From NCBI GenBank assembly GCA_030649735.1, contig JAUSFL010000036.1:64001-128000 (forward strand): a stretch of 64,000 nucleotides of DNA, given 5' to 3'. This document shows, piece by piece, positions 56,615 through 64,000 of this stretch. The first letter of the stretch is position 1. Each line of letters begins with the position of its first letter. The DNA is from Candidatus Iainarchaeum sp. (GTDB lineage: Archaea > Iainarchaeota > Iainarchaeia > Iainarchaeales > UBA10191). The position numbers were made by a program, and so were the translations under genes. Below the pieces are notes generated by a model. That model was not told the origin of the DNA. It did not search any database and saw only the letters and a list, made by a program, of their open reading frames with translations.

Positions 56615-59600
56615 ATGCGTTCTCAAATTCTCTTGATTTTAGCGCTCTTGCTTTCATTAAGCTTTGCAAGTGCTCTGCTGCTTGATGAAAAGCCTGGCGC
56701 AATAGCTGCCTACAGCCTTCGAAAGCTTTCCTCAACTTACGCTGGCCCTGCAATTGAAGTGCAAAGAGCATCTGACAATCAAACTCTGGCCATTGGGTTT
56801 GATTTTGACGGGCTTTTGGATGCGTCTGCAATTTTGTCATTCTGCACTTCTAAAAGCAGTGCTGACAGTTTATATGTGAAAACTTGGAATTCTCAAATTT
56901 CCGGAGTTCCTGCATTTTCAGAAACCAACATTAACAAAATGCCGCTCATTTGCGAAAACGGCCAAGTGACAAAAGACCAAGACGGTTATCTGGCAATAAA
57001 ATTCATGCGCAGCATGGATGGGCCATTCAGCGCTACAGGTTTAACACAATACAATGCTAGAAACGTGGACGTTTTCGTGGTTGAGGATGTAATAAATCCG
57101 GATAATTCTGGGGGCATTCTTTTTACGCTTGCACCAATTGGAACTGAAGCTGATGATTTTCCATTCATGAAGTTTGGTTCTGGGGGAGAATCACTCTCTT
57201 ATGGGGGCGGATCCAATAGCATGAGATACGCGAATACTACAACAGACCGCGCTGTGCTTGGCTTGCAAGTAACTTCGGCAAAATTTTCAGTTTATGTAAA
57301 CCAGATATTAAAGCACTCAACAAGCAAGGCAATGATTGAATTGAATTCATCAAGCATTTCAATAGGCGCGGAAACAAAAAGCCCTTCTGCAAATTCAGGC
57401 ATTGATGCATACGTCAGCGAGTTTTTGGTTTACCCGCAAAGCTCGCTTTCTCCAGAAGCACGTAGGCAAGTCATTGCAAACATTAATGGCTTTTGGAAGG
57501 CGGGGCCTTCAAGCTGGAATGAAGGAGCATTATTGCCACAGACTTACGAATACCAAGTGGAATTGTACAATTGGCTCAAAACCAACACTGTAAATAACAC
57601 CAGCATTCCTGCTGGTTTAAAACCGGCTTGGAATGGTTATTTTGAGAATGAAAATCAACTGGCTTCATTATGGGTTGACATGATGCAGTCTGGCGACTCC
57701 AAAAGAGTCGTAACCACAGGCATGATGTATGAGCCTGGCTGGTTCACGCTTAATGATGGCACAGGAAAAGGCATTGAAGCAACTGGGCAAGTGAGAGTTC
57801 CTGATGAATATACTGCCGGCTATAATTATCATTTGAGTCGCAGTACTGCCTTTTGGTACCCGTTTCATATTCCATTGGCAGGCGGTGGTGAAGGAAACCC
57901 TTACTATCATAATGAGGCAATAGCCAGGAGAGCGCTTACAATTGCAATCGTCAACATGATGATGGTTGATGGCTTGTTTGATTCAAATGGCAACACTTAC
58001 ACAAGGCATACTTATTACAGTGGCTGGCCACTGGACATTGCCGACACTTACAGCCTGGCTGGGGATTTTCTTCCTGAAAATGCGCAAAAGGCTTTTGAAA
58101 GGGGATTGCTGCGCTTGATAAGGCATCAATCAATTGTTGCAACTGGCGGCAGTTTTGCTAACATGGAAAGCAAGGGAATAGCAGGCGGCGCCAAAGCTTG
58201 TGTTAGCGCCAAGCATTATAAAAAAGAAATGTGCGATGCCGCATTGGCTGCAGTAAAGAAAGTATTGTTTGGCTTAAGCAATGGCTCTCCAACTAATTTC
58301 AATACCATCGGAGGCTGGTATCCTGAAGGCAGCATGCGTGAAGCTGAAGGCCCTGAAACCACTTACAACAATCGCGCTTTGGACCATATTGCTGACGCGC
58401 GGGCAGTAACTTACGGCGTGGAAGGAATTGGAGACTGGTCATTCCTTGACACAGTGATGGAGAGAAATACTGATTTCATTTCTTACCAAGGATTTACTGA
58501 ACCCGGGGGAAGCGAAATCACGGACGGCCCTTCAGGCTATGCAGCACGAACTCCAGGCACTGCAATCAGCGGCGCACAAGGAACAGCGCACATGAAGTAT
58601 ACTTTGGCATCACTTTACCCTCAAGGGCAATTTTATTTAAGAGAAGTAGCCAGCCGCTTCATAAATAATTCAGAACTTGTTTCAAGCGTGAAAACTTCAC
58701 TAAATAATGTTTCGGCTTCTTCAGTAATTACAACAGTGCCGCCAGTTTTTATGAGAGATGCTGCAGGTAAGGAAGCTGGATGGGCTCCTTGGCCTTCACG
58801 CCTGCCTTATCAGCCCCCAAAGGCAAATTGGCTTTCTTATTTAAGGTCGCTTGTCTTGGAGGACAAAAGCACAACTTATACATTGCCGCACCCAAGCAGG
58901 GGAGAAACTTATGTCAAGACTCTTCCAGCAGCTTCAGAAACTTGGGGTCCGCAATTCCTTGCCGCAAGGCAATGCCCTTCAATCGGCAATTGCTGGGCAG
59001 GCTTTGTTGAAGCAACAAGCTGGAATGGCGAATGGGGTGGAGCACACAGCGGCAAGCTTGAAACATTCTGGAGCGAACGCGTTGGAATTGTTCTATTGAA
59101 CAGGCGAACCGAGAGTGGGTTTTTTGACCAGACAAAATTAGTGGCTGAAGGAATTTGGGGCAAGGATGACAAAACCACTCCAACGATTTTCAATTTCATG
59201 GCTGACAATGGCTGCGTCAATTGCGCCAGCAAAAGAATTATTGCCTGGGATTCTGGCTCCAAAAGCATTAGCATTCCAAGCAAAATAGTTTCCAGAGGCA
59301 TGCAGAACAATAATGAAATCACAGGCAGTTATTCGCATAATAGGACTTTTCAAGTTTTGCCTGATGGCATGCGGGCAACTACTGTCTTGACTTACACTGG
59401 CTCTGATCAAATAAAGGAATTATGGTATCAGCTTCCCTTTTATGTCAAAGGCATTTCCAAAATGTATTATTGGGCTAATGATTCATGGAATCTTGCAAGC
59501 CCAAATGTTTTATTCAATGCGAGAAAAATTCGCTGGGCAAGAGATTATAATGACAGTCACGGCGAGAGGTTTGCATGGATTGAATTCAACAATAATTACA

Positions 59601-60511
59601 ACATGATTTTAGGAAATGACTTTTCACAAGACGGTACTTTCAGAGTGCTCAAAATAGACTTGCACGGCAATCCTGGAACAGCACGGGCAATTCCAGCAAG
59701 CCAAACTTTTATTTACACTATTTCAGTCACTGAAAACGGCGTTCCCCCCCAAAGCCCAAATAGCGCTCCACTGGCAGCAAATGATTCTTACACTGTCGAG
59801 AAAGATAAAACTTTAACAGTCCAAGCGCCGGGAGTCCTTGCCAATGACACTGACGCTGATGGTGATGCGCTTACTCCCTGGCTTGTCAGTAATCCAGGAC
59901 ATGCTAAAGGTTTTAGGATGAGGTCTGATGGTAAGGGGTATTTCTACTACACTCCAGAAACTGGCTTTGTAGGAACAGACTCTTTCACTTACAAGGCCAA
60001 TGACGGCATTGCCGGTTCAAAATTGACAACAGTGACCATTACTGTGACAGGCACGCCAACCACAAACCAACCGCCAGTCCTTTCAACCATAGGCCCAAAA
60101 ACAGTGGTTGATGGAAACAGGCTTTCCTTCAATCTTTCAGCAACAGACCCTAACGGTGGCACTCTAATTTATTCTGCACAAGGACTGCCTGCCGGCGCAA
60201 TCATTACATCAGCTGGCGCTTTCACTTGGATTCCAAGTTCCAGCGCTGTTGGAATTCACTCAGTGAATTTTATTGTGAGTGATGGCAGTCTCACTGATTC
60301 AGAACAAGTCAGCATTACTGTAAATTCATCAAGCACGCCTAATGAATGCTTTGACTTGACTGGCGACTTGAAGGTTGACTTGTTTGACTTGGTGTTTGTT
60401 GCTTTAAGGATTGGCCAGCCTGCAGGAAATCCAGCAGACGTGATCGGAAATGACGGAGTCAACTTGCAAGACTTGCAGGAAATTGCGAAAAAACAGTTTT
60501 CGACTTGCTAG
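56615..60511 (+). CDS. Giant secreted modular protein with Ig-like (Big_9/He_PIG) and dockerin-like C-terminus
   Basis: Signal peptide; AAYSLRKL N-terminal module; NSAPLAANDSY...GVLANDTDADGD; ATDPNGGTLIYSAQGLPAGA; DLTGDLKVDLFDL and DVIGNDGVNLQDL. Confidence 0.85.
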   Translation: MRSQILLILALLLSLSFASALLLDEKPGAIAAYSLRKLSSTYAGPAIEVQRASDNQTLAIGFDFDGLLDASAILSFCTSKSSADSLYVKTWNSQISGVPAFSETNINKMPLICENGQVTKDQDGYLAIKFMRSMDGPFSATGLTQYNARNVDVFVVEDVINPDNSGGILFTLAPIGTEADDFPFMKFGSGGESLSYGGGSNSMRYANTTTDRAVLGLQVTSAKFSVYVNQILKHSTSKAMIELNSSSISIGAETKSPSANSGIDAYVSEFLVYPQSSLSPEARRQVIANINGFWKAGPSSWNEGALLPQTYEYQVELYNWLKTNTVNNTSIPAGLKPAWNGYFENENQLASLWVDMMQSGDSKRVVTTGMMYEPGWFTLNDGTGKGIEATGQVRVPDEYTAGYNYHLSRSTAFWYPFHIPLAGGGEGNPYYHNEAIARRALTIAIVNMMMVDGLFDSNGNTYTRHTYYSGWPLDIADTYSLAGDFLPENAQKAFERGLLRLIRHQSIVATGGSFANMESKGIAGGAKACVSAKHYKKEMCDAALAAVKKVLFGLSNGSPTNFNTIGGWYPEGSMREAEGPETTYNNRALDHIADARAVTYGVEGIGDWSFLDTVMERNTDFISYQGFTEPGGSEITDGPSGYAARTPGTAISGAQGTAHMKYTLASLYPQGQFYLREVASRFINNSELVSSVKTSLNNVSASSVITTVPPVFMRDAAGKEAGWAPWPSRLPYQPPKANWLSYLRSLVLEDKSTTYTLPHPSRGETYVKTLPAASETWGPQFLAARQCPSIGNCWAGFVEATSWNGEWGGAHSGKLETFWSERVGIVLLNRRTESGFFDQTKLVAEGIWGKDDKTTPTIFNFMADNGCVNCASKRIIAWDSGSKSISIPSKIVSRGMQNNNEITGSYSHNRTFQVLPDGMRATTVLTYTGSDQIKELWYQLPFYVKGISKMYYWANDSWNLASPNVLFNARKIRWARDYNDSHGERFAWIEFNNNYNMILGNDFSQDGTFRVLKIDLHGNPGTARAIPASQTFIYTISVTENGVPPQSPNSAPLAANDSYTVEKDKTLTVQAPGVLANDTDADGDALTPWLVSNPGHAKGFRMRSDGKGYFYYTPETGFVGTDSFTYKANDGIAGSKLTTVTITVTGTPTTNQPPVLSTIGPKTVVDGNRLSFNLSATDPNGGTLIYSAQGLPAGAIITSAGAFTWIPSSSAVGIHSVNFIVSDGSLTDSEQVSITVNSSSTPNECFDLTGDLKVDLFDLVFVALRIGQPAGNPADVIGNDGVNLQDLQEIAKKQFSTC

Positions 60512-60516
60512 ACAAA

Positions 60517-61344
60517 TCAGGCATTGCAAAGCTGGTTGAACACTTTCACGAACTCTTCAACTTCAATCAAGTAGACTTTTACTCCTGCAAGCTCTGAGCT
60601 TTCCAAAAAATCTTCAAGCGCTTTGTTTGGAGTGCGCAGTTTTGCCTTGACCCAGTCTTCAGTGTAATTCAGCGCATTGCCCAGGTTTTTGTTCTTGTAA
60701 CGGAACAATTGCTCGACAAACTGCTCGAACAGCAAATCATTTTCCGCAATTCCGTGCTTTTTGCTCTTTTCAAGCCCAATTATTTGCGATGTTGTTTTAG
60801 GCTGCGGGAAAAAAGCGTCTGAAGGCACTTCGCCAATAATGGTTGTTTCAAAAAAATACTGCGTCAAGACTGCTGTCGCGCAATAGTCCCTGAACCCAGG
60901 CAAGGAAGTGATTTTTTCAACAAAGGCCTTTTCAAAAAGCAATACTCCGGATTCAAAATCAAGCTTGAACAAGGAATGCATTATGTCAGAAGAAATATTG
61001 TAGGGCGGAGAGCTCACTATTTTTGAAAATTCTGGAAGCTCTGCCTTCAAAAAGTCCTGCTTGAAAAGCCGAAAGTTTTTTGCTGCAATTTCTGCTTCAA
61101 GGACTTTTTGCAATATCTCATCAGTTTCAAAGCCGACAACGCTGCAATGTTTTAAAATTTCCCTTGTGAGAAAGCCAGTGCCGCAGCCGATTTCCAAAAC
61201 AATGTCCTTGTCTTTCAATTCCGCGGCCAAAACAATTCTTTCAATGAATTGCCTTGAGACTAGAAAGTTTTGCGAAAGCTTCTTGCTTGGCTTGAACCTG
61301 TATTTTTGCATTAAAAGCTGCAATTCCTCAAACAAGTCCTTCAT
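60517..61344 (-). CDS. rsmA: 16S rRNA m6,6A dimethyltransferase RsmA/KsgA
   Basis: KKLSQNFL, LEIGCGTGFLT, SSPPYNIS, AFFPQP. Confidence 0.92.
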   Translation of the reverse strand: MKDLFEELQLLMQKYRFKPSKKLSQNFLVSRQFIERIVLAAELKDKDIVLEIGCGTGFLTREILKHCSVVGFETDEILQKVLEAEIAAKNFRLFKQDFLKAELPEFSKIVSSPPYNISSDIMHSLFKLDFESGVLLFEKAFVEKITSLPGFRDYCATAVLTQYFFETTIIGEVPSDAFFPQPKTTSQIIGLEKSKKHGIAENDLLFEQFVEQLFRYKNKNLGNALNYTEDWVKAKLRTPNKALEDFLESSELAGVKVYLIEVEEFVKVFNQLCNA

Positions 61345-61409
61345 TAAAAAACCGTTATTTAATTAGGCAAGGGCAGTTTTTAAAAAAGCCTGTTGCGTTA
61401 AAGAATACC

Positions 61410-62225
61410 ATGCGCGCAAGAAAAGGCTGGCAGAGAATCATAAGCCCGGACTTAAGAATCAAAAGCATTACTCCCTGGGGCAGTGGAAAGGAAAAGAAAA
61501 GCCACACTTTAATGCCTGGAGAGCTTGCGACAGCAAAATTGCACAGGCAATTCACTCTGCCTGACAGGCAAGGCCAGTCGCCGCTGCCCTTGACTTCAAC
61601 AAGAAGCATTCTTGCAAGGCTTGGCGTTGAAGTCCACAATTCCCAAGGCAGGATTCCTGAAACTCTCATGCAGGGAAAAACTCCAAGCGAAGTCATGCTA
61701 TTGCATCACGGCGAAGTTCCTGTAAAAATGCGCCGCGGAAACAGGATTACCAGAATGTACTTTCCGCAATTGACAAAGCCTTTAAGGCACGCTGAAATCC
61801 AAAAAATGAGAAAGTCCGGAGAACTGGTTTTAGGAAAAGACTGCAAGGTCCATTCTAACGGGCTTGTGGAAATCCGCGTCATTCCAGTAGTTTATGAAAT
61901 TCCACCAGATGCAAAAAAGCTCCTTGCGAAAGAAAACTGGCTTACTGGAAGCAAAAGGAACGCATTCATGCAATTGCTCAAGAGAGTGAAAAAGCCAGTC
62001 AGGATTCACTCAAACCACATTATATTGACTGAAACTCTTCCAGTAAAATTGCCTAAAGATGTCGCAATGTTTTTTCAAAGGACAACTGACGGAAGCAGCG
62101 TCCACATTCAATCGCACTTGATAGACCCTGGATTTAAGGGCCCAATTGCAATGGAATTGCTTGGCTTTCATGAAAAAAAATCAAGGCCGGACACAGTGCT
62201 CGCATGGCTTTGCAGGGCAGAGTGA
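61410..62225 (+). CDS. Divergent dCTP deaminase/dUTPase-fold protein
   Basis: TRSILARLG, SHLIDPGFKGPIAMEL; appears to have two tandem domains. Confidence 0.6.
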   Translation: MRARKGWQRIISPDLRIKSITPWGSGKEKKSHTLMPGELATAKLHRQFTLPDRQGQSPLPLTSTRSILARLGVEVHNSQGRIPETLMQGKTPSEVMLLHHGEVPVKMRRGNRITRMYFPQLTKPLRHAEIQKMRKSGELVLGKDCKVHSNGLVEIRVIPVVYEIPPDAKKLLAKENWLTGSKRNAFMQLLKRVKKPVRIHSNHIILTETLPVKLPKDVAMFFQRTTDGSSVHIQSHLIDPGFKGPIAMELLGFHEKKSRPDTVLAWLCRAE

Positions 62226-62230
62226 AATAA

Positions 62231-63997
62231 ATGCCAAAAGTTGTTCTTTTTGACTTTTCAGAACAGCCAAGCCTTGGGCTTGCCTCATTGCAGCATTCTC
62301 TCCAAGAGAAAGGAATTTCCTGCCTGATTGTGAATCTTTATGCAAAAGAAGAGTTTGACTTCAAGGCAAGGGTTGAAAGCGCGCTTAAAGCAATAATGAA
62401 AAACCGCGAGGCAATTAAGGAAGCAAAATACCTTGGGATGCCATTTTTCAGGCAGGATTTTGAAATCCGCGCGCGAATGCCAATAGCAAAAGGCCTGAAA
62501 GCCAGGTTTCCTGAAAAGATTTTGATCGGAGGCGGAGTAGGCCTCATTTCAAACCCGCGCGGATTTTTCAGGAAGGGAATGCTTGACTATGCATTGATTG
62601 GAGAGGCAGAGAAAACATTGCCTCAGCTAATTATTGCGCTTGAAGAAAGGCGTAGCGCGCAAGAAATTGAAAAAATTCCTGGAATCATAATGAAAAAAGG
62701 AAGCAGGATTTTTGTTTCAAAAACTTCAGGCAGGCTTTCACAAACAGAGCTTGAGAAAATGCCCTTGCTTTCTTCATTACTTGGAAAAAGAGCAATTGTG
62801 TTTACCGAGCGGGGCTGTCCTTTCAAATGCATTTTCTGCTCATGCCCTAATGTTGGCAGTGTAAGGTACATGAGCGAAGACAGGATTATTCAAGGATTAA
62901 AGGAACTCGCCCAGAATAAAAAAATCACTTTAGTCCAATTCCAGAACGACCAATTCCTTGCAAACAGGCAAAGGGCGCTTTCACTGGTCAGGCGGCTTTC
63001 AAGCGAAGGATTAAACAAAAGATTCAAGTTTGGAATGATGACTTCAGTGGACTTATTCTACAGGAAAGGAGTCATTGACGCTGAACTAATTCAAGCATTA
63101 AAGAAAGCAAGATTTGGGGAAATCGCGCTGGGAGTCGAGGCATTCAATGACAACATCCTAAAAGAAATAAAGCATGGAAGATATACTGCAATCCAGGCTT
63201 CAAGGCTTATTAAAGAGCTTTCAAGGAATGGATTCCACACAGATTTATTGACCATTGCGGCAAGCATTAAAACAAAACCTTCAGAATTCGCCCAATCAAT
63301 TTACACAATGGCTGCATTGTCCGCAAGGAGAAGAGCAAGCGTTGTTTCTCCAGGAATGATTCATGCGACTCCAGACATGCCAGTCTTTAAGACTGCCGCA
63401 AGGGAAGGAGTGCTTTACGGCCTTAATGGAAAAAAAGCAAACGAAAGCACTGCAAGAAAGAATTTGAAAAATTATTACGCACTGCCAAAAGATGAACGAT
63501 TAAGGGAATTATTCATTAGGATTTTGAAAAAGAAAAGGATTGACGGCTTTATCACAAGCGGAAAAGACCTGGCTGACTTGCGAAAATTTGTTGAAGAGAA
63601 CGCGCCAGAATATTCAGAAAAATTCAAGAGGCTTGAAGGATTAATGAGGGCCAATGCGCTTGACCGCAAGGTGAAAGACGTAGTGCTTAAGGCAAGCGTT
63701 CGCGGGCTCATGCGGGAAAAGACAGGCGCTGAAAAGTCAGGCAGCAAAGACGTGGAAAAATTCTACGGAAGCCTTCCACTTGGGAAAAGAAAGGCGCTTA
63801 TCAGGGGCGCTGTTGATTTTGTTGAGGATTACAGGAAAGTGCAGGGAAGAATTGCAAGAATTGACGGCAGGAGCGAAAAGCTTTCGCAAGGGCAAGGCCT
63901 GAAAAGACTGCGAATGATTCAAAAGGCCAGAAGCAAGTTCGGCATTTCTCCAATTTCAGGATTTAACGCAATTTGGAGAAGAAGGCTTCCAAAATAA
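62231..63997 (+). CDS. B12-binding-domain radical SAM protein
   Basis: PSLGLASL, ILIGGG, DYALIGEAE, TERGCPFKCIFC, LGVEA. Confidence 0.85.
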   Translation: MPKVVLFDFSEQPSLGLASLQHSLQEKGISCLIVNLYAKEEFDFKARVESALKAIMKNREAIKEAKYLGMPFFRQDFEIRARMPIAKGLKARFPEKILIGGGVGLISNPRGFFRKGMLDYALIGEAEKTLPQLIIALEERRSAQEIEKIPGIIMKKGSRIFVSKTSGRLSQTELEKMPLLSSLLGKRAIVFTERGCPFKCIFCSCPNVGSVRYMSEDRIIQGLKELAQNKKITLVQFQNDQFLANRQRALSLVRRLSSEGLNKRFKFGMMTSVDLFYRKGVIDAELIQALKKARFGEIALGVEAFNDNILKEIKHGRYTAIQASRLIKELSRNGFHTDLLTIAASIKTKPSEFAQSIYTMAALSARRRASVVSPGMIHATPDMPVFKTAAREGVLYGLNGKKANESTARKNLKNYYALPKDERLRELFIRILKKKRIDGFITSGKDLADLRKFVEENAPEYSEKFKRLEGLMRANALDRKVKDVVLKASVRGLMREKTGAEKSGSKDVEKFYGSLPLGKRKALIRGAVDFVEDYRKVQGRIARIDGRSEKLSQGQGLKRLRMIQKARSKFGISPISGFNAIWRRRLPK

Positions 63998-64000
63998 GAA

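Overview
Archaeal chromosomal window. The archaeal ribosomal proteins (L44e, L1, P0, L12, L11), Spt5, SecE, FtsZ, AMP phosphorylase and R15P isomerase, the compact layout and intronless tRNAs point to a DPANN lineage, possibly Iainarchaeota/Diapherotrites (inference only). It holds about 65 CDS, four tRNA genes (Ala-CGC, Trp-CCA, Ser-CGA, Gly-CCC) and an intein-bearing HerA-like ATPase. No rRNA, CRISPR array, transposase or integrase was seen. Most notable observations: (1) a ~55-nt covarying, pseudoknot-like element repeated directly 3' of two unrelated tRNA genes; (2) an SMC with condensin-type heads whose hinge appears replaced by a central Rad50-type CPVC zinc hook; (3) an integrase-less array of three co-oriented gene cassettes delimited by copies of the tRNA-Gly 3' end; (4) a putative small cUUCGg-hairpin RNA with its own promoter and terminator upstream of a NYN RNase; (5) a 4-kb single-gene cassette flanked by a duplicated rsmA/ksgA 3' end, encoding one of two giant dockerin-tipped secreted proteins. 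All calls come from reading motifs by eye; no database searches were run.
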